DNA from: Macrostomum hystrix
Lineage: Eukaryota; Animalia; Platyhelminthes
Assembly: GCA_950097015.1 (NCBI GenBank)
Contig: CATNEN010000041.1
Coordinates: 186,001 to 250,000, forward strand
DNA length: 64,000 nucleotides
Reading direction: 5' to 3'
Shown here: piece after piece, positions 1-11,704 of the stretch
How positions within the stretch are numbered: position 1 is the stretch's first letter
Layout: the number at the start of each line of letters is the position of its first letter
Notes under the pieces: model-generated
The model's database searches: none
What the model saw: only the letters and a program-made list of their open reading frames with translations
What the model was told of the DNA's origin: nothing
Program-made: the position numbers and the translations under genes

Positions 1-290
1 GTGATATGAGCTACCGGCCTTTTGTTGGTCCCAATAAATTGTCGCTGCCTTCCCGCGGAACCCTTGCTTAGAGTCGTTTTACATTACTTGGTACAAGTTC
101 CTTGCCTTAGTTCTTTAGTTCTAGCCTAGCAGATCGGTGATTGTAATGGATTGCGACTCACTAGAAGCTGCTGCTGTACGCACTTGCTGCTGTGGGTCTC
201 ACCTGCTGCTACTAACTGCTCCCACTGTGCCTTCGTTCGCTGCCTCCTCCGAACAGAATCTCAACTCAGCCCTCATGGTTGCTCACATCT

Positions 291-974
291 CCTGCTGGCC
301 TTCAGCATCCCCTGCTAACCTTCAGCATCCCCTGCTAACCTTCAGCATCCCCCTGCTGGCCTTCAGCATCCCCTGCTGACCTTCAGCATCCCCCTGCTGG
401 CCTTCAGCATCCCCTGCTGACCTTCAGCATCCCCCTGCCGGCCTTCAGCATCCCCTGCTAACCTTCAGCATCCCCCTGCTGGCCTTCAGCATCCCCTTCT
501 AACCTTCAGCATCCCCCTGCTGGCCTTCAGCATCCCCTGCTAACCTTCAGCATCCCCCTGCTGGCCTTCAGCATCCCCTGCTAACCTTCAGCATCCCCTG
601 CTGACCTTCAGCATCCACTGCTGACCTTCAGCATCCCCTGCTAACCTTCAGCATCCCCTGCTGACCTTCAACATCCCCTGCTAACCTTCAGCATCCCACT
701 GCTGGCCTTCAGCATCCCCTGCTAACCTTCAGCATCCCCCTGCTGGCCTTCAGCATCCCCTGCTAACCTTCAGCATCCACTGCTAACCTTCAGCATCCCC
801 CTGCTGGCCTTCAGCATCCCCTGCTGACCTTCAGCGTCCCCTGCTGGCCTTCAGCATCCCCTGCTAACCTTCAGCATCCACTGCTGACCTTCAACATCCC
901 CTGCTGACCTTCAGCATCCCCTGCTGACCTTCAGCATCCCCCTGCTGACTTTCAGCATCCCCTGCTGACCTTCA
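291..974. repeat. 20/21-bp minisatellite (CCTTCAGCATCCCCTGCTAA/CTGA/CTGG)
   Basis: About 33 tandem copies read directly from the sequence. Confidence 0.95.
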
Positions 975-1399
975 TCCCGCTTCTTCGTTCCTGTCCCTGT
1001 TCCGCCCCTCGAATGTCAGCTTTAAGGCCACAGCCCCATGTCTCACTGAGTTATTTCGCTGCTGCGTGTGTGCGAGCTTCACTCAGTCCACTTTGTTAAA
1101 GGCGTTATGACTTATTTTTACATTAACGCCGCAGTTTCCTAGCAACTGGTAATTTCTATTAATTGGACACAACATTTTATAACATTTGTGCGCACTTCTT
1201 AAAGCGCAACGTGGTTGTTTTCTATTTATGAGCTATATTCAGTTTTCTTGGATGTTTATACTGTTGATACTCAAACCTCTACTATTGTTTTGTTTTATTG
1301 TCGCTGTAGGCACTCAAATACAAACTGGTTCTGGCATTTTACTAACTTAGATTCGCCTCTGATTGCCTTTGTCATTCGTCAATTTTTCAACGAATTTTA

Positions 1400-4300
1400 C
1401 CCACCTGATTCTTCAGCACTGCCTTCCCCACCTGATTCTTCAGCACTGCCTTCCCCACCTGATTCTTCAGCACTGCCTTCCCCACCTGATTCTTCAGTGC
1501 TGCCTTCCCCACCTGATTCTTCAGTGCTGCCTTCCCCACCTGATTCTTCAGCACTGCCTTCCCCACCTGATTCTTCAGCACTGCCTTCCCCACCTGATTC
1601 TTCAGCACTGCCTTCCCCACCTGATTCTTCAGTGCTGCCTTCCCACCTGATTCTTCAGTGCTGCCTTCCCCACCTGATTCTTCAGCACTGCCTTCCTTCC
1701 CCACCTGATTCTTCAGCACTGCCTTCCCCACCTGATTCTTCAGTGCTGCCTTCCCCACCTGATTCTTCAGTGCTGCCTTCCCCACCTGATTCTTCAGCAC
1801 TGCCTTCCCCACCTGATTCTTCAGTGCTGCCTTCCCCACCTGATTCTTCAGGCACTGCCTTCCCCACCTGATTCTTCAGCACTGCCTTCCCCACCTGATT
1901 CTTCAGCACTGCCTTCCCACCTGATTCTTCAGCACTGCCTTTCCCAACCTGATTCTTCAGCACTGCCTTCCCCACCTGATTCTTCAGTGCTGCCTTCCCC
2001 ACCTGATTCTTCAGTGCTGCCTTCACCACCTGATTCTTCAGTGCTGCCTTCCCCACCTGATTCTTCAGCAACTGCCTTCCCCACCTGATTCTTCAGCACT
2101 GCCTTCCCCACCTGATTCTTCGGAACTGCCTTCCCCACCTGATTCTTCAGTGCTGCCTTCCCCACCTGATTCTTCAGTGCTGCCTTCCCCACCTGATTCT
2201 TCAGCACTGCCTTCCCCACCTGATTCTTGCAGTGCTGCCTTCCCCACCTGATTCTTCAGCACTGCCTTCCCCACCTGATTCTTCAGCACTGCCTTCCCCA
2301 CCTGATTCTTCAGTGCTGCCTTCCCACCTGATTCTTCAGTGCTGCCTTCCCCACCTGATTCTTCAGTGCTGCCTTCCCCACCTATTCTTCAGTGCTGCCT
2401 TCCCTACCTGATTCTTCAGCACTGCCTTCCCCACCTGATTCTTCAGTGCTGCCTTCCCCACCTGATTCTTCAGCACTGCCTTCCCCACCTGATTCTTCAG
2501 CACTGCTTCCCCACCTGATTCCTCAGTGCTGCCTTCCCACCTGATTCTTCAGCACTGCCTTCCCACACTGATTCTTCAGCACTGCCTTCCCCACCTGATT
2601 CCTCAGTGCTGCCCTTCCCCACCTGATTCTTCAGTGCTGCCTTCCCCACCTGATTCTTCAGTGCTGCCTTCCCCACCTGATTCTTCAGCACTGCCTTCCC
2701 CACCTGATTCTTCAGTGCTGCCTTCCCCACCTGATTCTTCAGTGCTGCCTTCCCCACCTGATTCCTCAGCACTGCCTTCCCCACCTGATTCTTCAGTGCT
2801 GCCTTCCCCACCTGACTCTTCAGTGCTGCCTTCCCACCTGATTCTTCAGCACTGCCTTCCCCACCTGATTCCTCAGCACTGCCTTTCCCACCGGATTCTT
2901 CAGCACTGCCTTCCCCACCTGATTCCTCAGCACTGCCTTTCCCACCTGATTCTTCAGTGCTGCCTTCCCCACCTGATTCTTCAGCACTGCATTCCCCACC
3001 TGATTCTTCAGTGCTGCCTTCCCCACCTGATTCCTCAGCACCTGCCTTCCCCACCTGATTCCTCAGCACTGCCTTCCCCACCTGATTCTTCAGTGCTGCC
3101 TTCCCACCTGATTCTTCAGTGCTGCCTTCCCCACCTGATTCCCTCAGCACTGCCTTCCCCACCTGATTCTTCAGTGCGCCTTCCCCACCTGATTCTTCAG
3201 CACTGCCTTCCCCACCTGATTCCTCAGCACTGCCTTTCCCACCTGATTCTTCAGGACTGCCTTCCCCACCTGACTCTTCAGCACTGCCTTCACCACCTGA
3301 TTCTTCAGTGCTGCCTTCCCCACCTGATTCTTCAGCACTGCCTTCCCCACCTGATTCTTCAGTGCTGCCTTCCCCACCTGATTCTTCAGTGCTGCCTTCC
3401 CCACCTGATTCTTCAGTGCTGCCTTCCCCACCTGATTCTTCAGCACTGCCTTCCCCACCTGATTCTTCAGTGCTGCCTTCCCCACCTGATTCCTCAGCAC
3501 TGCCTTCCCCACCTGATTCCTCAGCACTGCCTTCCCCACCTGATTCTTCAGTGCTGCCTTCCCCACCTGACTCTTCAGTGCTGCCTTCCCCACCTGATTC
3601 TTCAGCACTGCCTTTCCCACCTGATTCTTCAGCACTGCCTTCCCCACCTGATTCTTCAGCACTGCCTTCCCCACCTGATTCTTCAGTGCTGCCTTCCCCA
3701 CCTGACTCTTCAGCACTGCCTCCCCACCTGATTCCTTCAGCACTGCCTTCCCCACCTGATTCCTTCAGTGCACTGCCTTCCCCACCTGATTCTTCAGCAC
3801 TGCCTTCCCCACCTGATTTCCTCAGCACTGCCTTCCCCACCTGATTCTTCAGTGCTGCCTTCCCCACCTGATTCTTCAGCATTGCCTTCCCCACCTGATT
3901 CTTCAGCACTGCCTTCCCCACCTGATTCTTCAGTGCTGCCTTCCCCACCTGATCTTCAGCACTGCCTTCCCCACCTGATTCCTCAGCACTGCCTTCCCCA
4001 CCTGATTCCTCAGCCTGCCTTTCCCCACCTGATTCTTCAGGACTGCCTTCCCCACCTGATCTCTTCAGCACTGCCCTTCCCCACCTGATTCTTCAGTGCT
4101 GCCTTCCCCACCTGATTCTTCAGCACTGCCTTCCCCACCTGATTCTTCAGTGCTGCCTTCCCCACCTGATTCTTCAGTGCTGCCTTCCCCACCTGATTCT
4201 TCAGTGCTGCCTTCCCCACCTGATTCTTCAGCACTGCCTTCCCCACCTGATTCTTCAAGTGCTGCCTTCCCCCAACCTGATTCCTCAGCACTGCCTTCCC

Positions 4301-6720
4301 CACCTGATTCCTCAGCACTGCCTTCCCCACCTGATTCTTCAGGGCTGCCTTCACCACCTGATTCTTCAGCACTGCCTTCCCACCTGAGTCTTCAGTGCTG
4401 CCTTCCCCACCTGATTCTTCAGCTGCTGCCTTCCCCAGCCTGATTCTTCAGTGCTGCCTTCCCCACCTGATTCTTCAGGCACTGCCTTCCCCACCTGAGT
4501 CTTCAGTGCTGCCTTCCCCACCTGATTCCTTCAGCACTGCCTTCCCCACCTGATTCTCAGCACTGCCTTCCCCACCTGATTCCTCAGCACTGCCTTCCCC
4601 ACCTGATTCTTCAGCACTGCCTTCCCCACCTGATTCTTCAGCACTGGCCTTCCCACCTGATTCTTCTCAGTGCTGCCTTCCCCACCTGATTCTTCAGCAC
4701 TAGCCTTCCCCACCTGATTCTTCAGCACTGCCTTCCCCACCTGATTCTTCAGCACTGCCTTCCACCTGATTCCAGCACTGCCTGTCCCCCTGATTCTCAG
4801 GCACTGCCTTTCCCACCTGACTCTTCAGCACTGCCTTCCCCACCTGATTCTTCAGCACTGCCTTCCCCACCTGATTCCTCAGCACTGCCTTTCCCCACCT
4901 GATTCTTCAGCACTGCCTTCCCCACCTGATTCCTCAGCACTGCCTTTCCCACCTGATTCTTCAGCACTGCCTTCCCCACCTGATTCTTCAGCACTGCCTT
5001 CCCCACCTGATTCTTCAGCACTGCCTTCCCCACCTGATTCTCAGCACTGCCTTCCCCACCTGATTCTTCAGTGCTGCCTTCCCCACCTGATTCTTCAGCA
5101 CTGCCTTCCCCACCTGATTCTTCAGTGCTGCCTTCCCCACCTGATTCTTCAGTGCTGCCTTCCCCACCTGATTCCTCAGCACTGCCTTCCCCACCTGATT
5201 CTTCAGTGCTGCCTTCCCCACCTGATTCTTCAGCACTGCCTTTCCCACCTGATTCTTTCAGCACTGCCTTCCCCACCTGATTCTTCAGCACTGCCTTCCC
5301 CACCTGATTCTTCAGCACTGGCCTTCCCCACCTGATTCTTCAGCACTGCCTTCCCCACCTGATTCTTCAGTGCTGCCTTCCCCATCTGACTCTTCAGTGC
5401 TGCCTTCCCCACCTGATTCTTCAGCACTGCCTTCCCCACCTGATTCTTCAGCACTGCCTTCCCCACCTGATTCCTCAGCACTGCCTTTCCCACCTGATTC
5501 TTCAGGACTGCCTTCCCCACCTGACTCTTCAGCACTGCCTTCCCCACCTGATTCTTCAGCACTGCCTTCCCCACCTGATTCCTCAGCACTGCCTTTCCCA
5601 CCTGATTCTTCAGCACTTGCCTTCCCCACCTGATTCCTCAGCACTGCCTTTCCCACCTGATTCTTCAGCACTGCCTTCCCCACCTGATTCTTCAGCACTG
5701 CCTTCCCCACCTGATTCCTCAGCACTGCCTTCCCCACCTGATTCTTCAGCACTGCCTTTCCCACCTGATTCCTCAGCACTGCCTTTCCCACCTGATTCTT
5801 CAGGACTGCCTTCCCCACCTGACTCTTCAGCACTGCCTTCCCCACCTGATTCTTCAGTGCTGCCTTCCCCACCTGATTCTTCAGCACTGCCTTCCCCACC
5901 TGATTCCTCAGCACTGCCTTTCCCACCTGATTCTTCAGCACTGCCTTCCCCACCTGATTCCTCAGCACTGCCTTTCCCACCTGATTCTTCAGGACTGCCT
6001 TCCTTACCTGACTCTTCAGCACTGCCTTCCCCACCTGATTCCTCAGCACTGCCTTCCCCATCTGATTCTTCAGCACTGCCTTCCCCACCTGATTCTTCAG
6101 TGCTGCCTTCCCCACCTGATTCTTCAGCACTGCTTCCCCACCTGATTCTTCAGCACTGCCTTCCCCACCTGATTCTTCAGTGCTGCCTCCCCACCTGATT
6201 CTTCAGTGCTGCCTTCCCCACCTGATTCTTCAGTTGCTGCTTCCCCACCTGATTCTTCAAGCACTGCCTTCCCCACCTGATTCTTCAGCACTGCCTTCCC
6301 CACCTGATTCTTCAGCACTGCCTTCCCCACCTGATTCTTCAGTGCTGCCTTCCCTACCTGATTCTTCAGTGCTGCCTTCCCCACCTGATTCTTCAGTGCT
6401 GCCTTCCCCACCTGATTCTTCAGCACTGCCTTCCCCACCTGATTCTTCAGTGCTGCCTTCCCCACCTGATTCTTCAGCACTGCCTTCCCCACCTGATTCC
6501 TCAGCACTGCCTTCCCCACCTGATTCTTCAGCACTGCCTTCCCCACCTGATTCTTCAGTGCTGCCTTCCCCACCTGACTCTTCAGTGCTGCCTTCCCCAC
6601 CTGATTCCTCAGCACTGCCTTCCCCACCTGATTCTTCAGCACTGCCTTCCCCACCTGATTCTTCAGTACTGCCTTCCCCACCTGACTCTTCAGCACTGCC
6701 TTCCCCACCTTCCCCACCTG
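1400..6720. repeat. 27-bp minisatellite (CCCACCTGATTCTTCAGCACTGCCTTC), ~5.3 kb
   Basis: Roughly 195 copies with CAC/TGC and TTC/TCC variants. It produces all the SPPDSSALP / KNQVGKA ORFs and ends about 15 nt before a splice acceptor. Confidence 0.98.
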
Positions 6721-6734
6721 ACCAAACTGCGCAG

Positions 6735-7226
6735 GCTGCTGCAAGACTTTTGATTCAGCGCTGCAGATCAGCTTGTCTTCGGCTGGACCCGGAGCCTGCG
6801 GCTGGCGATCAGCAGCAGCAGCAGCTGGAGCTCAGCATCGGTCGCGGTCTGCTAGTTTTCGTTTGTTTCCTACGTGGTGCCACCGAGGCCACAGTTGAGG
6901 ACATCGCCAAGCAGGTCTGCGGCCTTCGCCTGCTGACTGCCGCATCTGCGGAGGCCGGGCAGCTCGTGTCAGTCCGCGACCTGCCCGGCGACCTTCTGCT
7001 GATTCCGCACTTCACATTGGGCGGCAAAGTCAAGGCGGGTGGCTTCCAGTACCACTCGACCATCGACAAGGACAGCGGGCGGCAGCTGTTCGCTCTGCTG
7101 GAGGACCGGCTCCGACAGCAGCTGCAGGAATGCGGAGGCAGCGTTCTGGCCGGCCGCTATGGAGCCACGCAGAGACTCGTCACTGACTGCCAGGACGGCC
7201 CGTTCTCCCATGTGTTGGAATTCTGA
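6735..7226 (+). CDS. DTD2: D-aminoacyl-tRNA deacylase 2 / ATD-like, main coding exon (start exon upstream, not fixed)
   Basis: ARLLIQRC...[13 protein letters not shown]...[27 protein letters not shown]...GRYG...[10 protein letters not shown] aligns along its whole length with recalled vertebrate DTD2. CTGAC branch-like site and CAG acceptor at 6732-6734, phase 0. Confidence 0.88.
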   Translation, partial: AAARLLIQRCRSACLRLDPEPAAGDQQQQQLELSIGRGLLVFVCFLRGATEATVEDIAKQVCGLRLLTAASAEAGQLVSVRDLPGDLLLIPHFTLGGKVKAGGFQYHSTIDKDSGRQLFALLEDRLRQQLQECGGSVLAGRYGATQRLVTDCQDGPFSHVLEF

Positions 7227-7385
7227 CACTAGACTGTGCTGCAGATCTGACACTAGACTGTGCTGCAGATCTGACACTAGACTGTGCTGTAGATCTGACA
7301 CTAGACTGTGCTGCAGATCTGACACTAGACTGTGCTGCAGATCTGACACTAGACTGTGCTGCAGATCTGACGCTAGATTGTGTCG
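7222..7385. repeat. 24-bp tandem repeat (TCTGACACTAGACTGTGCTGCAGA) starting in the DTD2 stop codon
   Basis: About 6.5 copies; the first unit overlaps the TGA at 7224-7226. Confidence 0.93.
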
Positions 7386-7756
7386 GCTGTGTTTTGACAA
7401 TTAGTTCAGTTCTTAACAGATGAAATGGATGTTTTGTTTCTGTGTACAGTTGGTTTCGCATGCCTTTGTTGCCTAAAAGACATTAAAAATGAAATAAACA
7501 CTTGACGAGTATGTAGAATCGTGGAGCAATTTTTTTCTCATTCTGTCTGGTTAATAAGTATTTCTTGTTTTGTTCATTAAACCTAAGTTTGCGTAATTTA
7601 TCAGAATATGCCGTGCTGCACTGCAGCAAAAGATACTGAGTGAAGGGAGGCCGGCCCGCAGTGCTCACACTTGCCCGTTCCAGCCATTCCGCCCCACCCC
7701 AGCTGCAAGTCTTGGTGCCTTTGATTGGCTTTCCTTCACATCCAACTCTGCTCGGC

Positions 7757-7857
7757 ATGTCCGCCTTTGTGCTCCGACTGTGGGGCGTCATCAACAAGGG
7801 CATCGTGTTCGGCGTTGTGGGCGGCGGCATCGGCTACCTGGTCGTGGGCACCGCAAA
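7757..7857 (+). CDS. RDH13-like SDR exon 1 (N-terminal hydrophobic anchor MSAFVLRLWGVINKGIVFGVVGGGIGYLVVGTAK)
   Basis: ATG at 7757, GTGAGA donor at 7858; phase 2 matches the exon at 8159. Confidence 0.75.
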
Positions 7858-7929
7858 GTGAGATTCGTAGCGTTTGGGATTTGAGATGGAGGTGGGGAAT
7901 AGGGTCGTTTAGGGTTAGTGGTTCGGGTT

Positions 7930-8090
7930 ATAGTCGGTTGGGGTTGGGACAGTGGGACATTGGGTTTGGGATTTCGATAGTGGGGCATTGGGGTTGGGAT
8001 TACGATAGTGGGACATTGGGGTTGGGATTACGATAGTGGGACATTGGGGTTGGAATTTCGATAGTGGGTCATTGGGGTTGGGGTTTTGAC
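7930..8090. repeat. Degenerate G-rich ~28-bp intronic repeat (TAGTGGGACATTGGGGTTGGGATTACGA)
   Basis: About 5 imperfect copies. Confidence 0.75.
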
Positions 8091-8158
8091 AGTAGGTCAT
8101 ATGGGTTGTGATTTCAAGTCACTGCGAAGGCATCCACATCACCATTTCTCGCGGCCAG

Positions 8159-8748
8159 GTCGCACTGGTACAGCTCCTACACCGGCCAGGAGCTGCTGGA
8201 GAACCGCACGGTGGTTGTGACGGGCGCCACGGACGGCATCGGCCTGGCGACAGCCAAGGACCTGGCTAGGCGCGGAGCCACCGTCATCATGGCCTGCCGC
8301 AACCTGGCAAAGTGCCGCGATGCCGCCGGTCACATTCGCTACCGGACAATGGGCGCCAAGGTGAGCTGCGCAGAGCTGGACCTGGCCAGCCACGAGTCCG
8401 TGCGGGACTTTGTCCGCGGCGACCTGGCCGACAAGCGCGTGGACGCCCTGGTGCTGAACGCGGGCGTCATGGAGCTGTCCGACAAGCCCACCCTCACCGT
8501 GGACCGGGTGGAGACCAACCTGGGCGTCAACTACCTCAGCAACTATCTGCTCACCCGCCTCATGCTGCAGCACGACCGGCTGGCGCCGAAGTCGCGCATC
8601 GTTGTTGTCACCTGCAAGAAGGCGCTGAAAGGCGAGGTGGACTGGCAACGGCTCAACAGCCTGCAGAACTTCGACCCGGAGAAGAGCCACGCGCAGAGCA
8701 AACTCTTCCAGCTCATGTTCGTGCGGGAGCTGAGCAAAAGGCTGGCTG
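8159..8748 (+). CDS. RDH11/12/13-like short-chain dehydrogenase exon 2
   Basis: TGATDGIG Rossmann motif, [24 protein letters not shown], xQSKL..F.RELSKRL. CAG acceptor at 8156-8158 and GTGAGG donor at 8749 (phase 1). Confidence 0.92.
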
Positions 8749-8761
8749 GTGAGGAACTGCG

Positions 8762-9875
8762 CTCAGCTGCTGTGAGCTGTGAGATCAGCTGCTGTAAGCC
8801 GTGAGATCAGCTGCTGTGAGCTGTGAGATTAGCTGCTGTGAGCTGTGAGATCAGCTGCTGTGAGCTGTGAGATCAGCTGCTGTAAGCCGTGAGATCAGCT
8901 GCTGTGAGCTGTGAGATCAGCTGCTGTGAGCTGTGAGATCAGCTGCTGTGAGCTGTGAGATCAGCTGCAGTAAGCTGTGAGATCAGCTGCTGTAAGCTGT
9001 GAGATCAGCTGCTGTGAGCTGTGAGACCAGCTGCTGTGAGCTGTGAGATCAGCTGCTGTGAGATCAGCTGCTGTGAGATCAGCTGCTGTAAGCTCGGAAG
9101 GTACAGATACTTAAAATCAGCTGCTGTGAGCTGTGAGATCAGCTGCTGTGAGATCAGCTGCTGTGAGATCAGCTGCTGTGAGATCAGCTGCTGTGAGATC
9201 AGCTGCTGTGAGATCAGCTGCTGTGAGATCAGCTGCTGTGAGATCAGCTGCTGTGAGATCAGCTGCTGTGAGATCAGCTGCTGTGAGATCAGCTGCTGTG
9301 AGATCAGCTGCTGTGAGATCAGCTGCTGTGAGATCAGCTGCTGTGAGATCAGCTGCTGTGAGATCAGCTGCTGTGAGATCAGCTGCTGTGAGATCAGCTG
9401 CTGTAAGCTGTGAGACCAGCTGCTGTGAGCTGAGAGATCAGCTGCTGTGAGATCAGCTGCTGTAAGCTGTGAGATCAGCTGCTGTGAGCTGTGAGATCAG
9501 CTGCTGTAAGCTGTGAGATCAGCTGCTGTGAGCTGTGAGATCAGCTGCAGTAAGCTGTGAGATCAGCTGCTGTGAGCTGTGAGATCAGCTGCACTAAGCT
9601 GTTAGATCAGCTGCTGTGAGCTGTGAGATCAGCTGCTGTAAGCCGTGAGATCAGCTGCTGTAAGCTGTGAGATCAGCTGCTGTGAGCTGTGAGATCAGCT
9701 GCTGTAAGCTGTGAGAACAGGGTACTGTGAGCTGTGAGAACAGGGTACTGTGAGCTGTGAGAACAGGGTACTGTGAGCTGTGAGAACAGGGTACTGTGAG
9801 CTGTGAGAACAGGGTACTGTGAGCTGTGAGAACAGGGTACTGTGAGCTGTGAGAACAGGTTAATGTGAGCTGTGG
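8762..9875. repeat. Compound intronic minisatellite: 15-bp (CAGCTGCTGTGAGAT), 22-bp (adds GTGAGCT) and 22-bp (GTGAGCTGTGAGAACAGGGTACT-type) units
   Basis: Direct reading; begins 13 nt after the donor. Confidence 0.95.
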
Positions 9876-9936
9876 GAATGCTTAAAAGCTGAGCGAGGCG
9901 CTAGCTCGTAAACTTTGCAAACCGCCCAACCCGCAG

Positions 9937-10150
9937 CCGAGGACTCCAGCGTGACGGTGAACGCGGCGGACCCGGGCTTCACGAACACGGACTATTACCA
10001 GAGCATGCGCTATCAGAAGTACCGGATTTCCCGCTACATGTTCAGCCTCTGGCACTTTGTGGCCTTCAAGCTGCCGTTCCAGGGCGCAGGATCCGTGATC
10101 AAGGCGGTGGTCAGTCCCGACATGGAGGGCCGCTCCGGCTGCCTTGTGGA
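9937..10150 (+). CDS. RDH13-like SDR exon 3
   Basis: [14 protein letters not shown] motif; CAG acceptor (phase 1) and GTGAGT donor at 10151 (phase 2). Confidence 0.88.
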
Positions 10151-10254
10151 GTGAGTTTGATCCTGCTTTTATGACCGGGACTCTTCACTTCTACCACAAT
10201 CCTCCCTTCCTCCTCACAACCCATCCCTTCACTTCTCTATATACCCATTACTTC

Positions 10255-10345
10255 AATCCTCCATTCACTCCTCCCTTCACTCATCCCTTCACTCCTCCCT
10301 TCACTCCTCCCTTCACTCCTCCCTTCCCTCCTCCCTTCACCCCTC
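10255..10345. repeat. 12-bp pyrimidine repeat (CCTCCCTTCACT)
   Basis: About 7 copies in intron 3. Confidence 0.85.
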
Positions 10346-10446
10346 ACTTCTCACTTCAATCTGTACTATTCCTATAATCACTTTCACCTGTACCTTCAAT
10401 CAATCATTGCGTCAATCAATCACCTCCATTTTCTTCTCCCTTCCAG

Positions 10447-10576
10447 CGAGCTGGACATTCAGGAGCTGCCCGCTGAGACAGCGCAGATCGCCGACCAGTT
10501 CGGCGCCCGGCTGTGGGAGATTTCCGAGAGCTGCCTGCCCGCACCTAACTCTGCATTTACCCGCCCGCCTGACTAG
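10447..10576 (+). CDS. RDH13-like SDR exon 4 (terminal)
   Basis: Pyrimidine tract plus CAG acceptor, phase 2 compatible; ARLWEISE matches the RDH C-terminal xLWxxSE motif; TAG at 10574-10576. Confidence 0.85.
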
Positions 10577-10854
10577 CCCGGTTCCTGCTTGCCCCTCCGT
10601 GTAACGCGAAGTACACTTCTTCACCTGTAGTTTGTGCATGAAGCTCTTTCATCAAGTTCTGTGCCCGGCCCAGTCAGCTGGGCTTGACATCAACTGCTGT
10701 GCGTTTCTGTGCCTTCATTCTAATTTCTGCGGCTCAATTTTTATGAAGCCATTCAGTGGAAAATGATCCTATACATGGCATAATGGGATATCCCATAAGA
10801 GGATTTGATTAGGTGCCAAAAACGTAATTACGACAAAACGATGCATGAGAGATA

Positions 10855-11073
10855 AAGAGATGAAGCATTTACGAGGCACTTTATAACTAATGTTTATGCA
10901 CGGATATTCACTTGTTATTTCAAATGATTTCAAATGACCAAGCAGTGGTTAAATGTGCGGGAGTTCTTCAGAATTGCGAAAAATCTAAAAAAATACCTGC
11001 CTATGGCTTGGCTATTTAACTACACTGCTCACAGGCTACGGCCGGACTTGTTAGAGAATTTGAACTGTGCAGA
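10855..11073. repeat. 219-bp direct repeat, copy 1
   Basis: Apparently identical to 11705-11923 (offset 850). Confidence 0.93.
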
Positions 11074-11079
11074 GCTTTT

Positions 11080-11685
11080 TAGCCATGCTTCAAACGATGG
11101 TTTAGCCATGATTCAAACGATGGTTTAGCCATGATTCAAACGATGGTTTAGCCATGATTCAAACTCTGGTTTTGCCATGATTCAAACGATGGTTTAGCCA
11201 TGATTCACACTCTGGTTTAGCCATGATTCAAACTCTGGTTTAGCCATGATTCAAACGATGGTTTAGCCATGATTCAAACGATGGTTTAGCCATGATTCAA
11301 ACAATTGTTTAGCCATGATTCAAGATCTGGTTTAGCCATGATTCAGACTCTGGTTTAGCCATGATTCAAACGATGGTTTAGCCATGATTTAAACTCTGGT
11401 TTTGCCATGATTCAAACGATGGTTTAGCCATGATTCAAACTCTGGTTTTGCCATGATTCAAACGATGGTTTAGCCATGATTCACACTCTGGTTTAGCCAT
11501 GATTCAAACTCTGGTTTAGCCATGATTCAAACTCTGGTTTAGCCATGATTCAAACGATGGTTTAGCCATGATTCAAACTCTGGTTTTGCCATGATTCAAA
11601 CTCTGGTTTAGCCATGATTCAAACTCTGGTTTAGCCATGATTCAAACTCTGATTTTGCCATGATTCAAACTCGGGTTTAGCCTTC
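11080..11685. repeat. 23-bp minisatellite (TGATTCAAACTCTGGTTTAGCCA / ...AACGATGG...)
   Basis: About 26 copies lying between the two 219-bp repeats. Confidence 0.95.
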
Positions 11686-11704
11686 ATTCAAGAGATGAGA
11701 GATG

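Noticed and set aside
1215-6744. Dozens of long ORFs ([23 protein letters not shown]) resembling mucin or adhesin repeats
   Set aside because: They are translations of a 27-bp array open in several frames on both strands and broken by frequent indels; a splice acceptor follows the array
7900-7930. Interstitial telomeric repeat
   Set aside because: Only one exact TTAGGG within a degenerate G-rich tract
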